From IMG/VR virus record IMGVR_UViG_3300012038_000021, positions 1-48,591 of that record: DNA of 48,591 bases; one strand, 5' to 3'. Position numbers and translations under genes: made by a program. The first letter of the stretch is position 1. The number at the start of each line of letters is the position of its first letter. This DNA is from a virus (Duplodnaviria > Caudoviricetes). This document shows, piece after piece, positions 35,032 to 45,375 of this stretch. Under the pieces are notes generated by a model. The model was not told where the DNA came from. It ran no database searches and saw nothing but the letters and a program-made list of their open reading frames with translations.

Positions 35032-35389
35032 ACAAGGTGATTGGCCGTCTCTTATAGAGATACACAAAGGTCATTCCTTTCCGTTTCCTGACTTCAAGAA
35101 TATGTTAGACGTTCTTGTAGTTGAACATAATGGAAAGGTGATAGCCTGGGGATATACTAAGAAATATGTAGAGATAGTATTTGTACCAAAGAAAGACTCC
35201 CTCAAAGTCACCAAAGTTAAAGCTCTCAAGTTGCTATCCGATAAGTCAACTGAACTTACTAGAGCGCGTGGAATTGACATGGTTCATTCTTACGTTAAGG
35301 ATGAAGATTTTGTCAAGCTTCTAGTAGAGCGTTTTAACTATGGTGTTTGCACTGGGACACCATTATTCTTGGACCTAGACAATGGCTAA
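35012..35389 (+). CDS. GNAT-fold-like protein preceding the ejection proteins
   Basis: MEVRPAKQGDW...LVVEHNGKVIAWG...; typical podovirus position. Confidence 0.55.
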   Translation: MEVRPAKQGDWPSLIEIHKGHSFPFPDFKNMLDVLVVEHNGKVIAWGYTKKYVEIVFVPKKDSLKVTKVKALKLLSDKSTELTRARGIDMVHSYVKDEDFVKLLVERFNYGVCTGTPLFLDLDNG

Positions 35390-36983
35390 AGACGACAAGA
35401 AAAATATTTATAACACTACAATGGGGCAAGTGTCCCAATCTGAACAGAAATATAATGCTTTGTCCGATACCATTGGTGGTAGAGGTGATACCACTTGGGA
35501 TAGGGCTACGGAAAACTATAATCCTGCATTTGAGGGATATAAAAACTATGCTTCTGGTGGTGGCCTAACTCCAGAAGATATTGATAGAATGAGAGGGGCT
35601 TGGAAAGCTACTGGTGAAGCTGGTGGAGGTGGCGGTGGTGGTGGGTGGGGAGGAATTAGTGCTAACCTTCCCGGTTCATCTGCCTATGCTAATCTTCATT
35701 CAGCTTATGCAAATGCTTACCGGCCTGACTATGGAGAAGCAGATACTGGCTTTAGAAAGTTAGCTGGTAAGGGTGGCGGATTTGATGAAGACCAGCTAAA
35801 TAAGATTTACGGAAACGTAGATACACTGACTGGAATCGGACAAACCGGCGGTATTACTGACGAAGACAAACAGAATATTCTTAGAGAGTCACTATTAAAT
35901 CAAGAGAAGACTGGCGGCTACTCTGAACAAGATAAGGCTTTAGTAAGAGCTAAGTCAGCCGCAAGCTCCCCAGCTTACTTTGCTGCATTAAAGGATAACC
36001 TTGCTAGACAGAGAGGTCAGACTGGTAATCTTGCTAATGCTGGTGCAGTAGATTTTAAGATGGCAAGACAAGGTGCCCAACAACAGGGTCAAGATAGATT
36101 GACTCAGGAGATGGCACTACAAGAATCTATTCGTGGTGGAAAGGAAAGAGCAGGACAGTTTCTTTCTGACCAATCAATGGATTTAACTGGATTGAGAACG
36201 GCTAATCAGTTAGCTGGTGCCCAAGCCGGTGGTAACTTAGGTCTTTCTACTCAACAAGGTATTACTGCTAATCAGGCTAGAGGATTAGCTGGATTACAGG
36301 AATCTCAAACTGGTTTAGGTCAGTGGGGATTAGGTCAAGCCGGAGGATTAGACCAGTTCGGATTAGCTCAAGCTGGTGGTTTAGACCAATTCGGATTGTC
36401 CAAAGCTCAATTGGATATGCAAGCTCAGATTGCTAATGCTCAGGGTGCTGCTGCTGGCTCTGCTGGCAGAAGTGCTCAACAATATCAATCTGCTAGGGAC
36501 CAAGCTGAGTTTGAACAGTGGGTTACTCAGTATGGCAATCAACAGAAACAGTACGGTATTGGTGGTTTAGAGAGTCTATATGGTACTAACTTAGGTGCAA
36601 GTCAGAATTATTCTGGAATGTCATTAGACGCATTGAATAGTAAATACCAAACACAAGGCAATCTACTTGGATTAGCTAATCAGACTCGTGGTAGAACAGC
36701 AATGGAGAATATGTCTACTATTGGTGGATTGGTTGGTAGTGTTGCTGGAGTTGATTGGTCTAAGTATGGTGGTGGCGGACAAGATCCTTATACTGGTAGT
36801 ACTGGTTGGGATAACTCTGGTGTAAATACTGGTGTTTCTTTTGGTGGTGGTAGTGGAGATAATTTTGGTGGTTATGGCGGTAGTGGTGTTACTTTCCGTC
36901 GTGATCCCAATAACTCTACTTATCAACCAGGTTATACTTTTGGTGGTGGTAATCCTGGTCCGGGTAACTATCCTTGGGAATAA
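35382..36983 (+). CDS. Probable internal virion/ejection protein 1
   Basis: G/Q/A-rich, GLxQAGGLDQF repeats; synteny. Confidence 0.6.
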   Translation: MAKDDKKNIYNTTMGQVSQSEQKYNALSDTIGGRGDTTWDRATENYNPAFEGYKNYASGGGLTPEDIDRMRGAWKATGEAGGGGGGGGWGGISANLPGSSAYANLHSAYANAYRPDYGEADTGFRKLAGKGGGFDEDQLNKIYGNVDTLTGIGQTGGITDEDKQNILRESLLNQEKTGGYSEQDKALVRAKSAASSPAYFAALKDNLARQRGQTGNLANAGAVDFKMARQGAQQQGQDRLTQEMALQESIRGGKERAGQFLSDQSMDLTGLRTANQLAGAQAGGNLGLSTQQGITANQARGLAGLQESQTGLGQWGLGQAGGLDQFGLAQAGGLDQFGLSKAQLDMQAQIANAQGAAAGSAGRSAQQYQSARDQAEFEQWVTQYGNQQKQYGIGGLESLYGTNLGASQNYSGMSLDALNSKYQTQGNLLGLANQTRGRTAMENMSTIGGLVGSVAGVDWSKYGGGGQDPYTGSTGWDNSGVNTGVSFGGGSGDNFGGYGGSGVTFRRDPNNSTYQPGYTFGGGNPGPGNYPWE

Positions 36984-37004
36984 CTACGTTATTAGGATAA
37001 TTCA

Positions 37005-38252
37005 ATGCCTTACATCAGAAGAAACTATACGCCGTTTCAATACACTCCACAGAGTTACCAACCAGTAACTCAACAGCTTCCTTATGGTCAAGAGCAAGAA
37101 CCATTTGACTATGAGAAAATGCTTAGGCCACAGCCTCCTCCACCTACTCAGGCTGAGAAGCCACCTATTGATTTCATGAAACAATATGAGGAAATTAATA
37201 GGAATAGACCTAATAGATTAGCTTATCAAGAAGCTGTTCAAAAAGGTCCAGAAGTGATTGAACGTGGCAAGTGGGCTAAACTAGCTGCCGCTTTGGCTGC
37301 TGGTGGAACCTACTTAGGAACAGGTGATCCTGTTGCTGGTGCTAAATTAGGTTCATCTGTTTATCAAGCTCCACAAGAAAAAGCTAAAGAACGGTATCGA
37401 GAGCGTATGGTTGGTCTTGGTAACATGGCTCAGTTTGAAGAGAGTGATGTTGCTGCCAAGATTAAGGCTCTTGAGATGCAACAGTCTGATTGGTATAAAC
37501 AGAGAGAAGATGCTAGACAACAGAGAGCTTCTACTCTACAGGAAACACAAGAAGAGAGAGCAGGTAAACTGACTGAGCTTCAAATGAAGCATATTGTTCA
37601 ACAAATGGACTTGGAGAAAACTGACACTTGGACTGAACCTAAGACTGGTATTACTTACAAGAGAGATTCTAAGGGTAATGTTAGAGCAGTTGGACAGACA
37701 GCTTTAACTCCAGAAGAAAGAGCTGCTGGCCTTGGAGCAGATGAAAAGGCTAGAAGAACTGCTGCTGAACCGTTTGAAGTAGCTGATGATGCTAGACAAG
37801 CTGCTAGTTCTTATCGTAATACTATGGCAGGAGTTGAAGGTAGAAAGGAAGTAGCAACTATTAATCAGCAGGGTGCGGCTGAACGGGCAGCTAAGAGATT
37901 AGAAGCTCAAGCTAAGACACTCAAGCCGGGTGATAAGAATGGACAGGCATTGTTAGAGATTGCCGCTTTTGTCCGTTCCAATCCAGCTTATGCTGATATG
38001 ATTGTTATTGATTCAATGGGCTTACCACAAGCCGTTGGTAATAGTCTCATTGATACTGATGCAACTAGAGAAGCTAAGGAACAACTTAGAACTGCTGTTG
38101 AAGCGGCCTATAAGAAAGCTGCTGGCGGTCCGCCTTCTGCTCCTAGTCAAGAAATGACTCAACAAGTTAGAAGTAAGACTGACCCAAATAAAATAGAAAC
38201 TGTTTATTCCTATGATGGTGGCAAGACTTGGAGTTTTGAGAGGAGGAAGTAA
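37005..38252 (+). CDS. Probable internal virion/ejection protein 2
   Basis: Helical A/E/Q/R-rich with a hydrophobic LAAALAAGG segment; synteny. Confidence 0.55.
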   Translation: MPYIRRNYTPFQYTPQSYQPVTQQLPYGQEQEPFDYEKMLRPQPPPPTQAEKPPIDFMKQYEEINRNRPNRLAYQEAVQKGPEVIERGKWAKLAAALAAGGTYLGTGDPVAGAKLGSSVYQAPQEKAKERYRERMVGLGNMAQFEESDVAAKIKALEMQQSDWYKQREDARQQRASTLQETQEERAGKLTELQMKHIVQQMDLEKTDTWTEPKTGITYKRDSKGNVRAVGQTALTPEERAAGLGADEKARRTAAEPFEVADDARQAASSYRNTMAGVEGRKEVATINQQGAAERAAKRLEAQAKTLKPGDKNGQALLEIAAFVRSNPAYADMIVIDSMGLPQAVGNSLIDTDATREAKEQLRTAVEAAYKKAAGGPPSAPSQEMTQQVRSKTDPNKIETVYSYDGGKTWSFERRK

Positions 38253-41200
38253 TGCCGCCTCAAGGTAGAACTTATAATCCATCTGAGTGGGAACCTATCT
38301 CTACTCCCACTAGAACTTATAATCCATCTGAGTGGGAACCTATTAATAAGCCTGCGCCTAAAAAGGGTGGATGGTCTGATATTCCGGGTGGTGATTTCGC
38401 ATGGAATTTTGGAAAGAAGATTGCCTATGACTTTCCAAAGTCTATGTTAGAGATGATGCCTGCGCGTCAGTCACTTCAATCTGAAAAATTACTTACTAAG
38501 TTAAAGTATGGAACTGAAGAAGAGAAACGCTCTACTAGCGAACAGATTGATAGAGATATTGCAGAGTTACAACAGCAAGTTAAAGAGCAATCTAGTAGTC
38601 CTTGGGGAATTGCTAAAGCTGGAATGAACGCTTTAGATCCAACTGGTATTGTTCCTGGGTATGTTGGGTTAGGAGAGTCATTTGTACATGATATTGGTGA
38701 AGAGAATTATGGTGGTGCAGCCGGTGACGTAGCTTTAGGCTTAGCTCCTTGGCTAATTGGTAAAGGATTAAATAGAACTGGTAGAGCTAACTTACCACAA
38801 GAACCTAGAGTTAAGGTAGTTCCACCTATCAGACAACATACTCTTAGTGAAGTAGCCGGTCAACCTTCTTATGTAAGGAAACCTGCGCCTCCACCACAAC
38901 CACAATTACCAACTCCTACTAGATTACCTAATGCCCCTGAATCTCGTTTCTTAATGAGACAGGATGGCAGAGGAATTGACACTACTTCTCCATCTACTGC
39001 TAATATCTTTGATGTTGAGACTCCTGTTGTTGAGCAAAAGACTGGTTTAGCTAGGACTCCAAGATTAGCTAGGATTGGCGACCCGTCTAAAGCTAATGCC
39101 GTTCCACCTATTGAATCTTTACCAACAGTAGATACTTCTGTTGTTTCTGGTGCTGTTACTCCGCCTGAAATGGGAATGGTTTCAACTGGTAGACCTACGC
39201 CAGTTAAACAATCTCCTATTGTTAGTAAGTTTAGTCCTGATATTGTTCAGGAAGCTGGTGGCCCTAGACCTGTTGGTTCAGGTTCTACTATTCCTAGGCC
39301 GCCAAGTCTTTGGAATAAATTAGGATTCGGTGAGCAAACGGGTGGACCGTTTAAGAGATTCTTTATTCCTCCTGACCGTCCGGGTGGTGGAACCTTTAGA
39401 GAAAGATTAGAAGCCAAGCGGCAGGAGGCTTTAGCTAAAGGTGAGTTGCCTGAGGTTGAAGAGCCGTCTAGCGGTAGAGTTGTAGGAAGAATCAAACCTA
39501 CTCAGCTTCAAAAACCTGGTGGAGAAGGAGAAGCTTATTGGGATCCACGTAAAGGATTAGTTCCTATACCAGTAGAAGAGCCTGTTGGTGCTGAACCTTT
39601 AGATACTGAATTTGCTAAAAAACTGTTTGAACAAAATGCTAGAAATGAACAGTTACCTGTTGAAACTCCAGAAGAAAAGAGTAAGAGATTAGAGTGGGAA
39701 AGAGGATTAGGAGTTGAACAACCTAAGGTTCCAGAAGGTCAGAAATGGGATAGAGGTAGAGAGCCAGATAAAGTTACTGATATTTCTATAAAGTCTAAAG
39801 AATATCAAAAAATAGCTAATGAACAAAATGTTTCTATGGGTGGAGTTCGCCCCGAAAGAGGCGTACCTGTAATTCATCCTGAAAGTACTGGAGGATTTAG
39901 GTATCATGAGAGGGGTGGGGAGAAGTGGGTTACTCATCCATCTTTAGCTAAACCTGCTGGTCCGTTTAAGACTGCTGAAGAAGCTTTTGATTGGACTTTA
40001 GATTATCAAGAGACTCCTGAATTTGCAGCTCATTTAAGAGAGTATTACGAAAGTAAAGGCACTCCAGAAAGTGAGATGCCTAGCTCTATTAGAAGAAATA
40101 AAGTAGATACCTCGGTTGTTAGAGAACCAATGAGGCAGCTTCCTGAGATTGAAGGTGGAGAAAGAGTTGTTCTAACTACAGATGAAGCAGCTAATAAAAT
40201 TGCTGAATTAGACAGAACAAATGCTCCTGATGAAGCATATAGACAGGTTATTCTTGATGCTACTGAAAGAGGTAGAATAATCTTAAAGAAGGGTGAAACA
40301 TATCGTTCAAAAGCTGCTAAGTTTATTGAAGGCAGACGCTGGCAAGAAAGAGATTCTCTATCTAAAAAAGAGCTTCCTGAAATTGATAGACCTCAGAAGA
40401 TGAGTGTTGGAGATGATTTTGAAACTAAGTGGAACAAAGCAATAAAGGATGCTGAAGGTCAAGGAATCAATTGGCATGAGTACGATGATGTAGATGAGTT
40501 ACGCCAAGCTATTATTAAGAGCAAGTCTAAGGATTTAAGTGTTCCTCAAGTTGAGCCTGTTGGAGAATTTAAAGAACTCTGGCACCCACAAGAAAATGAT
40601 CCACCTGAGATTGCTACTAAACGTGAAGAGTTGGCTGAGATTGTTGGAGAAGTAGCTAACAGAACAGCATTTGATGCGGCTGATGTAAAAGAAGTAGCAA
40701 AGTTATATAATGAATTAGAAGACTTTGATAAGTTAAAAGATATGAAACCTTCTCAAATGAGAGTAAGAGAAGGTGGCTACAGTGGTAATGAAAAGGGAGT
40801 TGTTGGCCCTACAATAGTTAATCCAAAGACTGGCCGGCCTAATCTTGCTATGGGTGGTGCAGACCCACAAGTATTAAGACAGCTTGGTACAAGTCTATAT
40901 ACTAAGGACCGGCCATCAGTTCTTATTCAGGAATTGATGCAGAATACTGTTGATGAAATGAAGATTGCTAAAGTACAGGAGCCGGTTAGAGTTGCATTTA
41001 CAGACAATACAAAGAATCCAGTAACTGGTGGTACTGCAAAGTCAATTACATTCCAAGACTTTGGCAGAGGTATGAATGAGAATCAATTATATAATGAGTT
41101 CTCTGACGTAGGCAAGAGTGGTAAGAGGAATATTCAAGGTGCTGCCGGTGGATTTGGCTTTGCTAAAGCTGCTCCATTTTTAGGCGGCGATTTCATGCGC

Positions 41201-44200
41201 GTTGAATCTGTTGTTGTTGAAAACGGCAAGAAGTTTAAGTACTCATTCCAAGGTAAACCTGAAGAGTTCTTAGACCAAGAGACTGGAGTGCCTCTTGAAA
41301 GAGTATCAGTCTCAGACAAAGATCCAACCGGAATGAGGATTGAAGTATTCTTTCCAGACAATAAGTATTTTGGCAAAGCAAAAGAATTACTACAGACAAT
41401 TACAGAAGCTAGTCCTGATGTAAAAGACATTGAATCTTTTTCAAACTATAGGGAGGATGACACAGGACTACCTCAGTCTAATGTTAACAAGTTTACAAAA
41501 CAAGGAGATACTGCTTTAAGTACATATCAAAGAGGACAAGTTGAGAAGTATCAGGGGCAACCCTTACCTAATTACAAGGATACTTTCTCAACACCAGAAA
41601 ATGATTCTGTAATGTACTATGATTTAGACAATAAAGAACGTAGCGGATCTAAATTAATATTCTTAAATAATGGAGTATACTATCATGCTGAAAATATGGG
41701 TGCAAGTATACATGCAATGCCATTTATTCCTCCTAAGATTGTTATTGATATTAAATCTAAGGTTGCAGAGGGACATGATAAGTATCCATTTCCTGCTAAT
41801 CGCCAAGGTTTGAATGATGAAGTAAAAGAAGATATTAGGAAATGGATTAACACAAATATTTTTGACCCGGCCAGAACTGCTCAGGGTAATGAACTTCAAA
41901 ACTTATATGATAATACAAATCCTAAACCTGGAAAAAGACATCTTGTTATTGATTCTGGCGAGAAGTACCATCCAGATGAATTAGCTAGAGTTGAGAACAG
42001 TCCTACGCTTAATAATATTGCCCATCATATGGGTGATATGTTAGAAGATTTAGCTGGTCTCTTTACTCCAGATGAAGTTGTAGGAACTACTGATAAGTAT
42101 GGATTTAGAATTGCAGACCCCGGTTCAGGGGGAATGAACATATCTAATCCATCTACAAGTCAACCTGACTTAAAGACTATCGTTACACTCAATCCGTTTG
42201 ATGGTTTTTATTCTGGTCTTAGTAAGAATTGGACTTATGTTCCAAAACAGTTAACACTGGCTGAAGCTTCAAGAAGATTTGTGCATCTTATTAAACATGA
42301 GTTTGCACATAATTTGAAGAGAGAAGAAGGCGCTGGCTTTACATGGGCCTTTTCACAAGTGGACACCCGTTTTCCAGACACAGCACATTATGAAGCTCAA
42401 ATACTCAAAGCTATCACCGACCCAACAGGAAACTATGTTGCAGAGGTACCGGAATTACTACGGGAATATCTTGAAGCAAGGCAACGCCCAGAGTCTAAGG
42501 AGGATATTCTCGCTAGACAGGGAGCAAGCATTGAGACTGAAGGAGGAGGAGAACCCAAAGGAATATCTGGAGATGATAAACCTGATGGAACAGGAATTAC
42601 TGGGGGAGAAGTAGATACTAGTGTAGTTAAAACGGAACCTGAGTGGTGGGGTAAACCTGCTAAGACTGTTAAGATTGGTGAGAACTTAAGTAGGAAACTC
42701 AAGCCAACTGAAGCACAGAAATTAGACTATACTGAGGACATTGGAGAGGGAGCACCTAAGAAGACTCCATTAGCTGAACGGTTTGGTGTTGAACCAACTG
42801 AACCTATTATTGAAGAGCCGCCTAGTGTTAAGAGTAAAGCGGAGAAGTTTGGTTATGGTGAGCCTGAACACAAACCGGAACCGCCTCTGGTACCTAAACC
42901 GGCTTTTAAGTCCGGTACGGGAGTAGCTGATCCTAATAGGTTTGATGTTATTCCAAAGACTCAGAAGGGTAAGGCAGTTAAAGATGTAGTTAAGAAGGCT
43001 GAAGTTTATCCAAAGGTTCCAAAAACAGTTGATGATATTATTGCTGACAAGAAAGCTAAGAATCCAGTAGCTAAAGATCCTACTTTTAGTGAGGCCGTTA
43101 GAGCCTTACCTAAGAGGTTCAGGAATAGTGCCGTCTATCGTGCATTGTATGAGCCGGTTGGAGTTTCATCCTTAACTAAGCTAGAGAGAATGGGACCGAA
43201 CGGCCAGAAACTAGCTAAGATTTTAAAGGATGAGAGAACCGAATCTAATAGATTAGGCGGTGAACATGCCTTGTCTACTAGAAAGGTTAGGCAGGTACTT
43301 GATAAAGACCAGCAGTTAGAAGTAGTTAAACTCTTAGACGGACAGATGAATCTGAAGGATGCCTCTTCTCAAGAGGTTAGAGATGCTTATACTCAATTAA
43401 GAATCTCTACTGAAAGATTAGGTAATGAAGCTGTCCGGTCGGGCGTAATGATGCGTAACTCTAAAGGTGAGGTTGTTCCCTTCCAGAAGCATAGGGGAGA
43501 ATACTTCCCGCATCGTTACCCGGAAGAGCTATTCAAAGACCTTGTTGCATTAGAAGAGAAGTTACTAAAGGCTGGTAACTCTCCGGCTAAAGTCGATGCT
43601 ATGATGAAGAACATTAGAGAACGTGGTGAACGTTTCTCTTCTGCTCAACATGCTAGAGACTTTAACTTACCCGGCTATGACATGACTCTTGATGCTTTAG
43701 AGAGGCATCAATATGAAATGGCACAAGCTATTACTAGAGCCAAGCGGTTTGGTGGTAGGGATGTTGCTGATGCGGAGAGTAGGATTAGTAAGCTGATTGC
43801 TAACGCAGAGGATTCTACTAGGGCCAAAGAGATAGTGAATGATTACCTGCAAAGGAATGATATTACTGCTGACCGAGCGGCACAACAGGCAATCTACAAT
43901 AAGATTGTTAAGTGGGAAGTAGGGACTAAGCTATCTCAATTCTTCCTTACTAACATGGGTGACTTGGCCGGTACTAATACTGCATTAGGAGTAGCTAATA
44001 CTCAACAAGCTATTCTTAAGGTTCTTAGTGACCCGCATGGTAGTGCTGATTTAGCAACCCGCGCCGGTTCATATGTTCCTATTGTTAGGAAAGAATTAAT
44101 GAGGGATGTTAGAGCCGGTAAGTTACTAGAGAAAGCCTATGGTACTAACACTTCAGAGAAGATTGTTAGGACTATCTCTACTATGGCCGGACGGGCTAAT

Positions 44201-44971
44201 GTTATTCAATTGTTTGAGAAGGCTAAGAAGGATAAGAAGTGGGCTAAGACTCTGGCAGACTTTGTGGATGGTGATGTTAATGAAGTCTTAAAGCAGGATA
44301 GTCTTACTGATGAACAGGTAGACTTTGGTGCAGCTAGAGGAGCAGAGGTTGCTAATGGTGTGCCGGATGAACTAACACTTAGTAGTGCTATGTTCAATAA
44401 GAATCCTCTTCTTCGTTTACCGTTCTTATTCAAGAGGTTTGCTTTCCTCAATACTAAGAACATGGTTGACGCTATTAGAAGGCAACCGGACTTTAAGAGG
44501 AAACTAGCTAAGGCTGCTATTCTAGTTGGAACCTATCAGTTAGCCGGTGAGATTATTGGAGATGCTAAAGCGGCTATTACTGGACTAGCGGCAGGTGATG
44601 TTGGTGCAGAGATTTGGAATCGTGGAGATTTTATTGAGTCTAAGGACTGGCCGTTAAAGGTTGGCAAGACTATCGGGGGTAAAGTAACTGATAGGATTAT
44701 GGCTAACTTCCTACAGTCTGCATTGTTCGGTATTGTTGGTGATGTTACTGAATCAATGGTTAGAAGACCACTTGGTAAAGCATCAGGTGCAGCATTTGGT
44801 CCAGTCGGTAGTGACTTAGATGAACTAGTCGGTTCAATTGCTAGTGCTTCTGGTGGTAACTGGGCACCGGCTGGTAAGATGATTGCTAAAAAGATTCCGT
44901 ATGTAGGAACCGGATTAGCAAAGCGTTGGTTTAAAGAAGAAAACAAGATGAAAGGATTAGGTGGATTATAG
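38252..44971 (+). CDS. Giant (2239 aa) probable ejection/polyvalent protein with GHKL ATPase and HExxH motif
   Basis: Last late gene; ELMQNTVD, DFGRGM, GGFGFAK, TGMRI; HEFAH; helical C-terminal region. Confidence 0.75.
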   Translation: MPPQGRTYNPSEWEPISTPTRTYNPSEWEPINKPAPKKGGWSDIPGGDFAWNFGKKIAYDFPKSMLEMMPARQSLQSEKLLTKLKYGTEEEKRSTSEQIDRDIAELQQQVKEQSSSPWGIAKAGMNALDPTGIVPGYVGLGESFVHDIGEENYGGAAGDVALGLAPWLIGKGLNRTGRANLPQEPRVKVVPPIRQHTLSEVAGQPSYVRKPAPPPQPQLPTPTRLPNAPESRFLMRQDGRGIDTTSPSTANIFDVETPVVEQKTGLARTPRLARIGDPSKANAVPPIESLPTVDTSVVSGAVTPPEMGMVSTGRPTPVKQSPIVSKFSPDIVQEAGGPRPVGSGSTIPRPPSLWNKLGFGEQTGGPFKRFFIPPDRPGGGTFRERLEAKRQEALAKGELPEVEEPSSGRVVGRIKPTQLQKPGGEGEAYWDPRKGLVPIPVEEPVGAEPLDTEFAKKLFEQNARNEQLPVETPEEKSKRLEWERGLGVEQPKVPEGQKWDRGREPDKVTDISIKSKEYQKIANEQNVSMGGVRPERGVPVIHPESTGGFRYHERGGEKWVTHPSLAKPAGPFKTAEEAFDWTLDYQETPEFAAHLREYYESKGTPESEMPSSIRRNKVDTSVVREPMRQLPEIEGGERVVLTTDEAANKIAELDRTNAPDEAYRQVILDATERGRIILKKGETYRSKAAKFIEGRRWQERDSLSKKELPEIDRPQKMSVGDDFETKWNKAIKDAEGQGINWHEYDDVDELRQAIIKSKSKDLSVPQVEPVGEFKELWHPQENDPPEIATKREELAEIVGEVANRTAFDAADVKEVAKLYNELEDFDKLKDMKPSQMRVREGGYSGNEKGVVGPTIVNPKTGRPNLAMGGADPQVLRQLGTSLYTKDRPSVLIQELMQNTVDEMKIAKVQEPVRVAFTDNTKNPVTGGTAKSITFQDFGRGMNENQLYNEFSDVGKSGKRNIQGAAGGFGFAKAAPFLGGDFMRVESVVVENGKKFKYSFQGKPEEFLDQETGVPLERVSVSDKDPTGMRIEVFFPDNKYFGKAKELLQTITEASPDVKDIESFSNYREDDTGLPQSNVNKFTKQGDTALSTYQRGQVEKYQGQPLPNYKDTFSTPENDSVMYYDLDNKERSGSKLIFLNNGVYYHAENMGASIHAMPFIPPKIVIDIKSKVAEGHDKYPFPANRQGLNDEVKEDIRKWINTNIFDPARTAQGNELQNLYDNTNPKPGKRHLVIDSGEKYHPDELARVENSPTLNNIAHHMGDMLEDLAGLFTPDEVVGTTDKYGFRIADPGSGGMNISNPSTSQPDLKTIVTLNPFDGFYSGLSKNWTYVPKQLTLAEASRRFVHLIKHEFAHNLKREEGAGFTWAFSQVDTRFPDTAHYEAQILKAITDPTGNYVAEVPELLREYLEARQRPESKEDILARQGASIETEGGGEPKGISGDDKPDGTGITGGEVDTSVVKTEPEWWGKPAKTVKIGENLSRKLKPTEAQKLDYTEDIGEGAPKKTPLAERFGVEPTEPIIEEPPSVKSKAEKFGYGEPEHKPEPPLVPKPAFKSGTGVADPNRFDVIPKTQKGKAVKDVVKKAEVYPKVPKTVDDIIADKKAKNPVAKDPTFSEAVRALPKRFRNSAVYRALYEPVGVSSLTKLERMGPNGQKLAKILKDERTESNRLGGEHALSTRKVRQVLDKDQQLEVVKLLDGQMNLKDASSQEVRDAYTQLRISTERLGNEAVRSGVMMRNSKGEVVPFQKHRGEYFPHRYPEELFKDLVALEEKLLKAGNSPAKVDAMMKNIRERGERFSSAQHARDFNLPGYDMTLDALERHQYEMAQAITRAKRFGGRDVADAESRISKLIANAEDSTRAKEIVNDYLQRNDITADRAAQQAIYNKIVKWEVGTKLSQFFLTNMGDLAGTNTALGVANTQQAILKVLSDPHGSADLATRAGSYVPIVRKELMRDVRAGKLLEKAYGTNTSEKIVRTISTMAGRANVIQLFEKAKKDKKWAKTLADFVDGDVNEVLKQDSLTDEQVDFGAARGAEVANGVPDELTLSSAMFNKNPLLRLPFLFKRFAFLNTKNMVDAIRRQPDFKRKLAKAAILVGTYQLAGEIIGDAKAAITGLAAGDVGAEIWNRGDFIESKDWPLKVGKTIGGKVTDRIMANFLQSALFGIVGDVTESMVRRPLGKASGAAFGPVGSDLDELVGSIASASGGNWAPAGKMIAKKIPYVGTGLAKRWFKEENKMKGLGGL
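38266..38343 (+). repeat. 33-bp perfect direct repeat encoding RTYNPSEWEPI twice
   Basis: 38266-38298 equals 38311-38343. Confidence 0.9.
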
Positions 44972-44984
44972 GAAACCACTGGAC

Positions 44985-45209
44985 TCAGAGGTCTCCAATA
45001 AATTCTACCTTTTCCGCTCTTAATCCCTTCGGTCCTTGACATGGGATGAATTGAACTACTGGTCCTTTAATAGTAACCGGAGGACTCATAGCTTTCAATT
45101 CATCCCAATCTCCTTTGTAATGCTGAGCATGGAAGAAATACTCTTGACCTTGTTCGTCAAGAATGAAGCCATACAACGAAGGCTTAATGGTCTTAACTCG
45201 GCCTAGCAT
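44985..45209 (-). CDS. Cold-shock domain protein
   Basis: GRVK, RNP1 YGFI, RNP2 YFFH, VQF...GPKGLRAEKV. Confidence 0.85.
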   Translation of the reverse strand: MLGRVKTIKPSLYGFILDEQGQEYFFHAQHYKGDWDELKAMSPPVTIKGPVVQFIPCQGPKGLRAEKVEFIGDL

Positions 45210-45375
45210 CTGTTTGCTCCAGACTTTTCAAGTAGTTAATAGCTCTGACCATCACCCTAATAAAGACCTCATTACCTTTGGAAATATGGGAGTGTTGTAG
45301 CTCCTCTACCATAGCTTCCACTTCTTCCTTACTCATTAGAAATACATCACTAATTGGTGTCTTAAGATATTGCAT
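45193..45375 (-). CDS. Small hypothetical protein
   Basis: TAATG coupling to the upstream gene. Confidence 0.55.
   Translation of the reverse strand: MQYLKTPISDVFLMSKEEVEAMVEELQHSHISKGNEVFIRVMVRAINYLKSLEQTDARPS

Noticed and set aside
38252-44971. Giant protein as a virion RNA polymerase or tape measure
   Set aside because: No single-subunit RNAP motifs or DxDGD motif recognised; tail genes look podovirus-like. A structure search is needed to exclude it fully.
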